A stretch of DNA of 64,000 nt, from NCBI GenBank assembly GCA_964467955.1, contig CAYXTW010000003.1, forward strand, positions 4,676 through 68,675, given 5' to 3'. The DNA comes from an uncultured Ignavibacteriaceae bacterium. GTDB taxonomy: Bacteria > Zixibacteria > MSB-5A5 > GN15 > PGXB01. Below, one piece after another: positions 1 through 9,644 of the stretch. Numbering within the stretch: position 1 is the stretch's first letter; each line of letters starts with the position of its first letter. Position numbers and translations under genes: made by a program. Under the pieces are notes generated by a model. That model searched no databases and was not told where the DNA came from. It saw only the letters and a list, made by a program, of their open reading frames with translations.

Positions 1-208
1 TAATGGTGGCATCATTCCGTTTGGCAATCGGGACGGCATCCCCGAGATGGTCGCCATGTCCGTGAGTTACCAGAATATAATCGACTTCAACATTATCAGC
101 CTTCATCCCGGCCACGGGGTTATCGGTTAAAAAAGGGTCGATAATGATTTTATATTTGCCGTCGGTGGCCATCACACAGCTATGTCCGAGAAAGGTCGCT
201 TTTAGCAT
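1..208 (-). CDS. MBL-fold metal-dependent hydrolase (UPF0173-like); N-terminal part only, continues past the window start
   Basis: Reverse-complement of 1..208 reads [69 protein letters not shown]. It carries the HxHxDH metallo-beta-lactamase motif (THGHGDH). Start codon is at 206-208. Confidence 0.6.
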   Translation of the reverse strand, partial: MLKATFLGHSCVMATDGKYKIIIDPFLTDNPVAGMKADNVEVDYILVTHGHGDHLGDAVPIAKRNDATI

Positions 209-282
209 AAATCATTCTCCTTATTTTTTATCCGCCTGCTGAATATAATAACTAAAAGAAATTAGCGAAGTCCAACTATTTT

Positions 283-1386
283 TTAAAAGCTTATGAATCC
301 GCCGCCGAGAACGACATCATTTTCATAAAAAACGGCCGACTGACCCGGTGTTATGGCGCGCTGGGGAAAATCGAAGATAATTTCGGCATTATTACTTTTG
401 CCCGGAACAACAATTGCCGGCGACGGTGAATGCAGGTATCTGATTTTTACATCTGCCCTGAATTTTTTGCCGGGATTGTCGATTGATACCCAGTTGATAT
501 CGGTAACATTCATTTTATCCGTATACAAATCAGAATCTGAGCCGACTGTAATCCTGTTCGACCGCGCGTCTATATCCAGGACATAAAGCGGTGTCGGATG
601 AGCAATCCCCAGTCCTTTGCGCTGACCAATAGTATAAAAAACGGTTCCTCTGTGCTCCCCGATTACATTTCCGTCGGTATTGACAATCGTTCCCCGCCGG
701 AATGCTTTCCCCCGTTGCTGCTCCCATTCGGTCAGAAATCGATGATAATCGTCATCCGCGATAAAGCATAATTCCCGAGACTCTTTGGTCTCGGCGGTTT
801 TCAGATTCCAGTTGCGCGCCCTGTTTCGAATTTCACTCTTTTTATATTTCCCCAGAGGCAGCAGGGATTTCGACAAGGCCTCCTGCGTTAATCCCCATAA
901 GGCGTAGGACTGATCGCGAGTATCATCAAGTCCTTTATGTAAAACGTATCTGATTTTATTTTTATCGTAATCCACGGTCGCGTAATGGCCGGTGGCAATA
1001 TAGTCGCATCCGATTTCAAGGGCCTTCTTCAGGAGTAACGACCATTTCAAGTGCGTATTACACAGGATACACGGATTGGGCGTCCGGCCCGCTTTATATT
1101 CATCAACAAAATTTTTGATGACTATTTCTTCGAACCGAGAACTGAAATCAAGAACATAAAATGGAATGGAATGCCGATTACAAATAGAGCGCAAATCGTT
1201 AATCGACTCGAGCGAACAACAACGGCCATCCTTATGACTATCACCGCCGACCCGCCCATAATCCCACAATTTCATATGAGCCGCGGCAACTTCGTATCCC
1301 TCCTCCCTGAGCAGCATCATTGCCGTAGAAGAATCAACCCCTCCTGAAACCGCAACCAGAACTTTCTTTGCCATGCTAATACTCAA
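283..1386 (-). CDS. mnmA: tRNA 2-thiouridine(34) synthase MnmA
   Basis: 367-aa ORF. N-terminal PP-loop VAVSGGVDSS is present and the whole length resembles MnmA/TrmU. The real start may be the second Met (MAKKVLVAV..., about 1374). Confidence 0.9.
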   Translation of the reverse strand: MSISMAKKVLVAVSGGVDSSTAMMLLREEGYEVAAAHMKLWDYGRVGGDSHKDGRCCSLESINDLRSICNRHSIPFYVLDFSSRFEEIVIKNFVDEYKAGRTPNPCILCNTHLKWSLLLKKALEIGCDYIATGHYATVDYDKNKIRYVLHKGLDDTRDQSYALWGLTQEALSKSLLPLGKYKKSEIRNRARNWNLKTAETKESRELCFIADDDYHRFLTEWEQQRGKAFRRGTIVNTDGNVIGEHRGTVFYTIGQRKGLGIAHPTPLYVLDIDARSNRITVGSDSDLYTDKMNVTDINWVSIDNPGKKFRADVKIRYLHSPSPAIVVPGKSNNAEIIFDFPQRAITPGQSAVFYENDVVLGGGFISF

Positions 1387-1430
1387 AATCGCCGACTGGC
1401 GTCATTTAAAATGCCCAAAAATGGCTGTTA

Positions 1431-2600
1431 TTAATTTTGTTTGCTGTACAGAGGCGACATGGCGCGAAGCCGATCGATTATTTCCGGCAGGACATCAATC
1501 GTATACTGGAGATCATCTTTGGTCGTGAAACGCCCCAGCGAAAACCGAATCGATCCTTGAGCCAATTCAGCCGACACTCCCATCGCCATTAATACATGCG
1601 AGGCCTCCAGCGATCCGGACGTACAGGCCGACCCGGAAGCCACGGCGACACCCTTCATATCAAGCGACAGAATTATGGATTCGCCCTCGACCGCTTTAAA
1701 TGACAGATTCACAGTCGACGGAATTCGTCGTTCATCGCGCGGGCCATTTAAGAACACATCCGGAATTTTCGACTGTACGCCATCGATAAAGAATTCGGCC
1801 AGTTCCGTCCAGCGCTTATGTTCCTGTTCGCGCATATTTTCGGCAAGTTCCAGCGCCCTGGCAAATCCGACGATTCCGGGAACGTCTTCGGTCCCGGCTC
1901 GACGTTTTTTCTCATGGTGTCCGCCGTGAAATAAGGGGGTAATCCTGACACCTTTTCGAATAAAAATAATCCCCGTTCCTTTCGGACCGTAAATTTTATG
2001 ACCCGACATAGAAAGTAAATCGACATTCAGCGCTTTAACGTCGAGTTTCACTTTGCCGCCGGATTGCACGGCGTCGGTGTGAAACAGGGCGCCTTTTTCT
2101 TTGGCAATTCCTGCCAGAGCGGCGATATCCTGAATCGTCCCGACTTCATTATTGGAATGCATCACCGAGACGACCGAAGTATTTTCGGTAATTTTCTGTT
2201 TTAGATCCTCGGATGATACAATTCCATATTTATCGACGGTCAGGTAGTCAGCTTTAAAACCGTTTTTCGCCAGGAATTTCGCCGATTCCAGGATGGCGTG
2301 ATGTTCAATGGAAGAGACAATCAGATGATTTTTTTTACTCTGATTGATATAGGCGGCACCTTTGAGGGCAATATTGTCCGATTCGGTTCCGCCCGATGTA
2401 AAATAAATTTCCGACGGATCGGCATTAAGCAAAGCGGCGACCTTTTCACGGGCTTCTTCAAGAGCCGTTTTGGCCTCGCGGCCGAAATTGTGCACCGAAC
2501 TGGCATTGCCGTACTTTTCTTTCAGATACGGCAGCATCGCCTCCAGAACTCGCTCATCCAGCGGTGTCGTGGCATTATAGTCAAGATAAACTTGCTTCAA
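1431..2600 (-). CDS. iscS: Cysteine desulfurase (NifS/IscS family, PLP-dependent)
   Basis: 389-aa ORF. MKQVYLDYNATTPLD... is the class-V aminotransferase N-terminus. SGHKIYGPKGTG carries the PLP lysine, and SGSACTS is the active-site Cys loop. It lies directly upstream of mnmA, consistent with a sulfur relay to s2U. Confidence 0.9.
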   Translation of the reverse strand: MKQVYLDYNATTPLDERVLEAMLPYLKEKYGNASSVHNFGREAKTALEEAREKVAALLNADPSEIYFTSGGTESDNIALKGAAYINQSKKNHLIVSSIEHHAILESAKFLAKNGFKADYLTVDKYGIVSSEDLKQKITENTSVVSVMHSNNEVGTIQDIAALAGIAKEKGALFHTDAVQSGGKVKLDVKALNVDLLSMSGHKIYGPKGTGIIFIRKGVRITPLFHGGHHEKKRRAGTEDVPGIVGFARALELAENMREQEHKRWTELAEFFIDGVQSKIPDVFLNGPRDERRIPSTVNLSFKAVEGESIILSLDMKGVAVASGSACTSGSLEASHVLMAMGVSAELAQGSIRFSLGRFTTKDDLQYTIDVLPEIIDRLRAMSPLYSKQN

Positions 2601-2702
2601 TTACTCACCTGTATTTTAGTAATCGTCCAAAAGCGCATTAATATAGTCAACTATTTTATTTTGTCAATATTCCAGGCCATCGCTCTAAATACGATTATGG
2701 AA

Positions 2703-4601
2703 TCAGAATGCGTAAAGAATTGTGAAATGGAACTTGTATCCGGAGTTAATCCCCTTGACTTTAACGCGCCGGGCGTAATCGAGCCTGATCGGCCCCGCCG
2801 GGGAGAGAAATTGAATGCCGAGACCATACGATACGGCCAGATTGTTAAATTTGATGTCAGCGCGATTTCGATAGCCATTGCCGATATCCGTAAATATTGA
2901 CCCCCAAAATTTGCTGATTATGGGATATCTGAACTCCTGGTTAAAGATTAATATGATGTCGGCTCCGGTTGGTGTTCCCAATTCCGATTTGGGTCCCAAA
3001 TCCTTTTCGGAAAAGCCGCGAATCGTGTTGGCCCCACCAATATAGTACCGATCGTTTACCGGCACCGATGCCGACTTTCCAAAGGGATGCACAAAACCCG
3101 ATTTAATTCTCGTCGCGGATATCCAGCCGGGCCAGAACCGCTGGTATCGCGACCAACTGCCCTCCAGCAGGAAAAAACTATCGTCGCCGCCCAAAAATCC
3201 GCCGATATATTCAAATCCAAGCTGTGTAAGCGATCCGCTTTTCGGGACAAATATATCTGCGCGTGCATCGCGGGTGACACTTAGATGCAATTTCCTTCTT
3301 ATAGATATGCCTTGTTCCTGCCGCGTTTGTTCTTCTGCGGCTTTGCTCACCCCGTAAATATTTACCGCCTCATACTGGAAGCCGGTCAGGAACTGGAGTT
3401 TTTCCTTAATTGTACGGGTGGTCGTTGCCGAAACCGACCATGTTTGTATCCGATAATCCTGAATCAGAGAGCGAACGCCCGGTTCGTACTGCCCCGTCAA
3501 GGTCAGCGGCATTCGTAAACCGAGAAACCAGGGTTCGGTGAGTCTAACACGATAACTATGTTCCATCAGACGCCATTCGGTAAAAACCTCAAACGTCGTT
3601 CGAGCGGTAAACTCGATCTGCCGCGAGCGGAGGAAATTCCTTTTCCCCCAGGAGGCCGAAAAATTCCAGATCAAATCCTTTACCGAGTCCTGCGCCGCAC
3701 CGGTTTTAATCGAAACATAGTGTGGGGGTTTTTCATCCAGCCCCAGAATAAAATCAGGATTAAGGCGATTATAAGCAGTATTTGAGTCATAAACAACGTT
3801 TTTTAATTGAAGCGTGATATAATGGCCGGTATTCAATAACCTCTTCTGGGATTCGATAATATCTTTGCGGCGATACAGGTCGCCCTTCTGAAAGGTCATT
3901 TCCCTCCAGACCAGGGAAGTATCGAAATTCTTGACGCCGGTTATTCTCGTATTACCGAAATGAACGAGCGAGTCGGATTGAACATCGAAAGTAACATCAG
4001 CATAGTCGTTGTCCAGAGAAGTATCAATCTTATATTCCACATATGCATACGGATAACCGTTGTTGGCATGGACCGACTTTATATCATAAAGGGCCTGCTT
4101 AAGCGAAAAGGGATCGACCGGATTGCCTTTTTTGAAGCGATTGATAATCTGACGAAATTCCCAGCGACCGCTAAGAGCATTTTCCCCCTTAAGATTGATA
4201 TTGCCGTAATAAAACTGTCGCCCCTCATTAATATAAATCTTAACCAGAGCATTGGAATCATCGGGTAATGGTTCAAAACTTTCCTTGATTTGGACCCCGA
4301 GATAACCGGATGAAAGATAAAGAAATTTTACTTCCGATGTATCTTTCATCATCGTTTCTCGCTGGACCCGGCGCCGCCTGTCTTTATTAATGGCGCGGAA
4401 GATGTTGCTTTCACGGGAATAGAGACCGTTTTTAATTTTGGAGTCGGGAAAAACGGTGTTTCCTTCAATTATAATCTTATCAATTACCGGCTTTTTGCTT
4501 AGCCACCGCCTTTGATCGAGTCCGCGGGAAACCTGCCCGGTCACATCGGCCGCCAGCATGGTCAGGAAAAATATCAGAAGAATATTTGCGTACCTTAACA
4601 A
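2703..4601 (-). CDS. tamA: Omp85-family outer-membrane protein, TamA-like (POTRA domains plus a C-terminal 16-strand barrel)
   Basis: 632 aa with a signal peptide, POTRA-like repeats, and a C-terminal barrel ending ...YKFHFTILYAF (aromatic beta-signal). It starts 2 nt after the TamB-like gene. Confidence 0.7.
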   Translation of the reverse strand: MLRYANILLIFFLTMLAADVTGQVSRGLDQRRWLSKKPVIDKIIIEGNTVFPDSKIKNGLYSRESNIFRAINKDRRRRVQRETMMKDTSEVKFLYLSSGYLGVQIKESFEPLPDDSNALVKIYINEGRQFYYGNINLKGENALSGRWEFRQIINRFKKGNPVDPFSLKQALYDIKSVHANNGYPYAYVEYKIDTSLDNDYADVTFDVQSDSLVHFGNTRITGVKNFDTSLVWREMTFQKGDLYRRKDIIESQKRLLNTGHYITLQLKNVVYDSNTAYNRLNPDFILGLDEKPPHYVSIKTGAAQDSVKDLIWNFSASWGKRNFLRSRQIEFTARTTFEVFTEWRLMEHSYRVRLTEPWFLGLRMPLTLTGQYEPGVRSLIQDYRIQTWSVSATTTRTIKEKLQFLTGFQYEAVNIYGVSKAAEEQTRQEQGISIRRKLHLSVTRDARADIFVPKSGSLTQLGFEYIGGFLGGDDSFFLLEGSWSRYQRFWPGWISATRIKSGFVHPFGKSASVPVNDRYYIGGANTIRGFSEKDLGPKSELGTPTGADIILIFNQEFRYPIISKFWGSIFTDIGNGYRNRADIKFNNLAVSYGLGIQFLSPAGPIRLDYARRVKVKGINSGYKFHFTILYAF

Positions 4602-4602
4602 A

Positions 4603-7600
4603 TTAGTAATTCCAGTTAAAATTAAGGTTCAAGTGGTACAGGTTATCTTCATCGCGATGCCCCTCCATCAATAGAAATCGCTTAAGGCGATATTCAACGC
4701 CGTATTCCTGGCCGGTCTCGAATGATATCGCCGAACGATAATACCAGTAAAAACTCGATCCCCAATATGATCCGACGGTAAACCTCGTTCCCAGAGGGTC
4801 GAATTTGTCGCCATAGACCGGGTCGATTTCCAGCGTTTCCACGCCGATATATCGCGAACCGAGACGACCGACCTGCTGGCTGATGAAATTGGATGCCCCG
4901 GAAATAACGCGGTCCGTCGGCTCCACTTTTCCGGCGGTGTCACTCGGATTATAATTTAACAAAAGCGCCGACAGAATACTTGAATTGCCCATTGGCGAGT
5001 TTTCATCGGTTTCAATTATCGGTTCATCGAGAGTACCGCCAACGTGCACTCTCAAGTCCTCGTTCGTATATTCGATTTCATTATTAAAACCGGTTTGCGT
5101 GGCGGTTCTGATATTGGTTGATGCCCAGATATCAAGCTGCGGATTAGGGATTTCGATATCCTGGTAGCTGACGGTACCGCCGGATTCGATTTTAAAGCTT
5201 CGATCCGCCCAATAAGCCTTGCCGCGTAAAATTTCCATCGTTCCGAAATAATGATACCGGTCGTTCTCTCGAACGAAATTAATTTGACCGGCCAATTCGG
5301 CATCGATATCATCATTTTTTATCCACAGATTCGAGGTTGCTTCCACATTCAGGTTGATATTCCAACTATTCGTCTCCTGGAATGATGAGAGTAAAATCCA
5401 CCCCTCGTCCTTGCCAGCGAAATTCTCGCTATAATTGGCCGAGAGAATGGTCACATCGCCGCTAACGGTCGGCGGCGTGGCACCACGGACTTTCAGATCG
5501 GCATCGACGACGGCGGAAATATCGCCCATTTCGTATTTCGCCGGGAATTGCCGGATATTTATAGCAAGATTATAATCGAATTGATCAATCGCATTTATGA
5601 TAACGGTCCCGCTGCCATTTACTCGACCGGGTTTATTTTTTCCGTTTTTACACAGTGCCGAAATATTATCGAACTTGATAGTCTTGTTTTTCATTTTCAT
5701 ATCGACATTCAGGTTTTCAAGCGGGAGTATCAAGTCATAAATCTTCAACCGGCCGTTTTTTATACTGGCCAAACCCTCGATCTCGGGATTGCGGGTGGTG
5801 CCGGTCACATTGATGTCGGCGTTAAACTCGCCCGTAAAATCCTCCACTTCGTCAACGAGCAGGCTGGCCAGGTCAAGGCGTTTATCGTAGGCGGTTATGC
5901 GGATATTCTGAGGACGCTCCTGATAGAACCGGTCGGCGACGGAAGCAAATGTCAAATCGACAGGGAATACACCGGTGGCAACATAGTTACCAATTTTGCT
6001 TTTTAAGGATATATTATTAATGACAACCTGCTTATCGGCATAGTTAAAATCGGCGGTCAAATCACCAAGCACTAAATTCAGATATGTCATGGAATCTATT
6101 GCACCTTGAAAATCGATAATCGGTGACTTGAAATCACCGGCGATACGGACTTCGCCAGACAAAATACCGCCAACGTCATATTCATTATTGTATAGTTTAA
6201 CCAAGGGGGCGATGTTGACATTCTCAGCTGATAAACGAACATCCATTGAATCATTGTTGTTTATTCGGCCGGAGCCTTCAATATATCCTTCCGGGCGACG
6301 CAAACGGCAACTTAGAATATTATATCCCGAAGAATCTATCTCAACTGTAATCGGATTGTCACTTCTGAATGTCAAACCAAGGAAATCAATAAAGACATCA
6401 TCCATGCTCAATCGCTGGGGATATGACGCGTAATCCAGATCCGCGCGTGCGGTGACAACCGCATCATCATTGGCAAACAGTGCATCGTCTATTATGGCAA
6501 ATTGTGAATCGACCTGCATCTTCAATAAAATTGAATCATACGGCACATCATAGGCAGTACCATCATACAAGGAAAGATCGATTTTCCCGAGCCGATCGTA
6601 AAGAAAATGTTCAACCTGGAAATCCATTACCGCATTTCGGGCCATAATACTATAAAGCCAGAGCGAATCGGAACTGAATCGGCCGGCAATATTGGGATTG
6701 GAGAGTTCGCCGCTAACCATAAAATTGAGATCCGCCCGCCCGCCCATTTTATCGACAAATGTCTGCCCATTAAAAGCTGAAAGATCGTCCAACTCAGTAT
6801 AGCCGGTCAGCTCCACCGGACCGTGGTAATCCAGTTTACCGGATATTATGAATTTGTTGTTTTGATACTTGAGGGCGAATTTATCATGAAGCTGGATACT
6901 ATCGGAATAAATGGTCATCTCCCCCATTGCCTGAGAGATATGATATTCATCGAACCATGATTCATCCAGTTCGGCAACGATATCAAGCATCAATTCTTCC
7001 GATTTCAATCCCTGACCGCTCAGATTAAGCCGGCCGTTCAAATTCGATTTGTACGTATCGGAGGCAAGATTATTAAGGTTAAAATGTTCAATGGCACCAA
7101 TGATATGATATAATACCGGTTCCTGGGATAAATCAAGATCGCCTTTTGCCTCGATATGACACCGGTTTAATATGAACCCACTCAGGGTATCAAAAACAAG
7201 TATCTTGTCGGCAAAATGAAAACTGGTTTTCAATGAATCAAAGTACCGCCCGGTCAAGGTACCCGAGATAGTTACGTCGCCGGAAAGGTCGCCATAGGAA
7301 AAATTAATATTGCCGTTTGCGGCGATATTACCGTCCAGGCCGGTATTTATAAACGAAGAAAGCTCATTCAGATTAATATTTTTCGCCTGCAGGACGATCT
7401 GAATTTGAGGTTTATCTTCAAAGATTATCCGGCCGCCCGCAAGGATATCGGAAGAATCGGTGACTATTTTGAAATCCTGGAACATGAGTTGATTGCCGGT
7501 TGATGTAACCGTTCCGCCGGCGGATACCAGGCTGAAGCGAGTGTCGGATGAGCGATAACTAAGGCGATCTATAATCGCCGAATAGGTTTTATCGCGCGCC

Positions 7601-8124
7601 TCGACGCGTGCGTCGAGGATAATATCTTCAAAGGTCAATGTATCATCGGGAGATTGCATGCTGAAAATAAGATCATTTAAAGTCAATTCCTGAATTTCGA
7701 AATCAAGACTGGTGGCTTTTCGTTCCGAACTTTTCAACGGCTTCGGGAGCAACCATTTTTGATCGGTTTTTTTGAGCGTAAACGCCGCCGAGTCGATTTC
7801 AATTTTGTTGAAAATAAATTCCCCACTCCAGAGCTTTTTAAGGGAATATTCCGCCGTCAGTTTTGACACGTGGGCCATCGCGTATGACTCGGCACCGTTT
7901 TCATAAATCACATCGATACCGTTTATAACGGGCGCCGAGAAATAATCACCCGAGATTTTTTCGATATGAAACCGAATTCCCAGATTGCGGCCGACCTGAT
8001 CATTTAAAATTTTCGTGGCGATTTTTTCGGCCAGACCAAAATGAAACAACCAAAGATAAAGTCCGAAACCCAGGATTAATATCAACAGAGGAATCGATAT
8101 TAATATTTTATTTCTTCGTTTCAT
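4603..8124 (-). CDS. tamB: Translocation and assembly module subunit TamB (AsmA-like, DUF490 C-terminus)
   Basis: 1173 aa with an N-terminal TM anchor (ILISIPLLILILGFGLYLWLF), a long beta-rich body, and a C-terminal ...YRLKRFLLMEGHRDEDNLYHLNLNFNWNY typical of DUF490/TamB. Immediately followed by the Omp85 gene. Confidence 0.7.
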   Translation of the reverse strand: MKRRNKILISIPLLILILGFGLYLWLFHFGLAEKIATKILNDQVGRNLGIRFHIEKISGDYFSAPVINGIDVIYENGAESYAMAHVSKLTAEYSLKKLWSGEFIFNKIEIDSAAFTLKKTDQKWLLPKPLKSSERKATSLDFEIQELTLNDLIFSMQSPDDTLTFEDIILDARVEARDKTYSAIIDRLSYRSSDTRFSLVSAGGTVTSTGNQLMFQDFKIVTDSSDILAGGRIIFEDKPQIQIVLQAKNINLNELSSFINTGLDGNIAANGNINFSYGDLSGDVTISGTLTGRYFDSLKTSFHFADKILVFDTLSGFILNRCHIEAKGDLDLSQEPVLYHIIGAIEHFNLNNLASDTYKSNLNGRLNLSGQGLKSEELMLDIVAELDESWFDEYHISQAMGEMTIYSDSIQLHDKFALKYQNNKFIISGKLDYHGPVELTGYTELDDLSAFNGQTFVDKMGGRADLNFMVSGELSNPNIAGRFSSDSLWLYSIMARNAVMDFQVEHFLYDRLGKIDLSLYDGTAYDVPYDSILLKMQVDSQFAIIDDALFANDDAVVTARADLDYASYPQRLSMDDVFIDFLGLTFRSDNPITVEIDSSGYNILSCRLRRPEGYIEGSGRINNNDSMDVRLSAENVNIAPLVKLYNNEYDVGGILSGEVRIAGDFKSPIIDFQGAIDSMTYLNLVLGDLTADFNYADKQVVINNISLKSKIGNYVATGVFPVDLTFASVADRFYQERPQNIRITAYDKRLDLASLLVDEVEDFTGEFNADINVTGTTRNPEIEGLASIKNGRLKIYDLILPLENLNVDMKMKNKTIKFDNISALCKNGKNKPGRVNGSGTVIINAIDQFDYNLAINIRQFPAKYEMGDISAVVDADLKVRGATPPTVSGDVTILSANYSENFAGKDEGWILLSSFQETNSWNINLNVEATSNLWIKNDDIDAELAGQINFVRENDRYHYFGTMEILRGKAYWADRSFKIESGGTVSYQDIEIPNPQLDIWASTNIRTATQTGFNNEIEYTNEDLRVHVGGTLDEPIIETDENSPMGNSSILSALLLNYNPSDTAGKVEPTDRVISGASNFISQQVGRLGSRYIGVETLEIDPVYGDKFDPLGTRFTVGSYWGSSFYWYYRSAISFETGQEYGVEYRLKRFLLMEGHRDEDNLYHLNLNFNWNY

Positions 8125-8830
8125 ATTTACTTATGATATTCGCCATGATCTTTTCGGCCAGGGCGGAATTTTCATCACCCGCCAGCGGTTTAATATCCCG
8201 ATTGACCTGCATTAGCAGCTTCATATCCGCACCGACATTAAGACTTCCCAGAATATGCGACAGCAACTGCCGTTCCCGCCCGTCGACAATCAGGGCGGCG
8301 ACCTCGGCCAATTCTCTTTCAATGTGCGTCATTTTCGGACGACTTAATACTTTACCATAACCTTCAATGACCATCCAGCGAAATATTTCCGGCGAGACAT
8401 CGGAGAAGCGGTTTTTTAAATTTTCAAAATTTGCTCCGTAAACTCGTCGGCATAATCTTAGACCATTGGTAAACCATGACTCCGATTCGTCAGGCGAGAT
8501 TTTTTCTATATCTCTTCCTTCTCTAATTTTGCCGAAAATTTTATTAAAGGCCAGTGCCGCTTCAATCGTCCGCGGGAATCCGAGGAAAAGGTAACTCTGT
8601 AAAATCGTTTCATAAATCGCATCCTTATCGAATTTTCGTTTATGTAAAAAACCCAGCATTGATTCGGTCAACTCTGATCGGCAGACGGCAATAACCGCCG
8701 ATAAAATCGATAATAATCTAACCGACCTGTTTTCAGCTGACAGTTCTAATGAAAATAAATATTTTTCAAAACCTGATTCGTCTATCATGGGAAGTATTAT
8801 AATCGTTTCGACTGATAAATGCCAAACCAA
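8108..8830 (-). CDS. Carboxymuconolactone-decarboxylase (CMD/AhpD-like) family protein with two CMD-like halves; catalytic Cys positions are not conserved
   Basis: 240 aa. ELAEVAALIVDGRERQLLSHILGSLNVGA aligns by eye to the CMD motif ...NGCxYCixxH...G with Cys replaced by Arg. The 3' end overlaps the tamB start by 17 nt. Confidence 0.4.
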   Translation of the reverse strand: MVWHLSVETIIILPMIDESGFEKYLFSLELSAENRSVRLLSILSAVIAVCRSELTESMLGFLHKRKFDKDAIYETILQSYLFLGFPRTIEAALAFNKIFGKIREGRDIEKISPDESESWFTNGLRLCRRVYGANFENLKNRFSDVSPEIFRWMVIEGYGKVLSRPKMTHIERELAEVAALIVDGRERQLLSHILGSLNVGADMKLLMQVNRDIKPLAGDENSALAEKIMANIISKYETKK

Positions 8831-8887
8831 ATCGAAATTTATGTGACAGGGAAATCGATTAGACGGAAAGCATTCGGCAAAATAAAA

Positions 8888-8924
8888 CCCGGATTGCCAA
8901 AACAGACTAATCCGGGTCTTTTTT
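8888..8924. terminator. Rho-independent terminator hairpin flanked by A/T runs on both sides (bidirectional) between the anti-sigma gene and the CMD-tamB-tamA operon
   Basis: CCCGGATT-gccaaaacagact-AATCCGGG is followed by TCTTTTTT on the plus strand and preceded by AAAATAAAA, which gives a T-run for minus-strand transcripts. Confidence 0.5.
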
Positions 8925-8975
8925 CCGATTCATCATTAACAATTACCGATCGCCGATAAAATCTCCTTTATGGCT

Positions 8976-9644
8976 TTAATTTCCGGACGTCAATTGCGTC
9001 TGCGTACTGCCGACCGGCCGATATGTAATGAAACTCTGGCTGGCCGGTATCAACTGATTGTCGGGTGAATGCGAGTAACCGGAACCGAAACTATTCTGGC
9101 CGGCCAGACGATTCATCAGATTTCTCATCCGATTGGCCTTCGCCAATTTCTGTTTGAACGCCCACGCATTTCTCTGATGTTCAACTATGACATCCTGTCT
9201 ATCCTCTTGAGGTAAGACATGCATGTATGAACTGTCAAGCTCAACATCTGCCGGTCGGTTCACATACATATCCGATCTGTCCGGAGAATGCACAAAATCG
9301 ACGCCGCCGAACATTACAAAAGCCAATACCAGACACGCCGAAGCGAAGGCCGGAATCAGTTTGCCGCGGCCAAAGATCGGCGCCCTTCGCGGAAGATATG
9401 CTTTGGTGCGCGTCTCCCGAAATCTCTCCTTCGCAATTCGATCCAGAAGCTTGCTGTTGAAATCAGCCGAAACTTTCCGCTCCGGAAGATTCCCAATTGA
9501 TTTGTTGATTTCCCAAAATACTGCCTCTTCCCGACGGCATTCCGGGCAGGCGGCGATATGCTCTCGCACCGCCTGGTGCCGCCACCCTGCCAACTCTCCC
9601 CTACAATAAGCTGACAGGTAAGAGCGTACCCTTCGACAACGCAT
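8976..9644 (-). CDS. Zinc-finger (zf-HC2/ZAS-type) anti-sigma factor with one TM segment
   Basis: 222 aa. N-terminal HIAACPECRRE is the HxxxCxxC zinc motif of ZAS anti-sigma factors. A central hydrophobic segment (LIPAFASACLVLAFVMFGG) fits a single TM helix. It overlaps the ECF sigma gene by about 44 nt. Confidence 0.6.
   Translation of the reverse strand: MRCRRVRSYLSAYCRGELAGWRHQAVREHIAACPECRREEAVFWEINKSIGNLPERKVSADFNSKLLDRIAKERFRETRTKAYLPRRAPIFGRGKLIPAFASACLVLAFVMFGGVDFVHSPDRSDMYVNRPADVELDSSYMHVLPQEDRQDVIVEHQRNAWAFKQKLAKANRMRNLMNRLAGQNSFGSGYSHSPDNQLIPASQSFITYRPVGSTQTQLTSGN

Noticed and set aside
283-2600. mnmA adjacent to a cysteine desulfurase, considered as something unusual.
   Set aside because: This is the expected functional pairing (IscS/NifS supplies persulfide sulfur for MnmA s2U34 synthesis), so it is ordinary.
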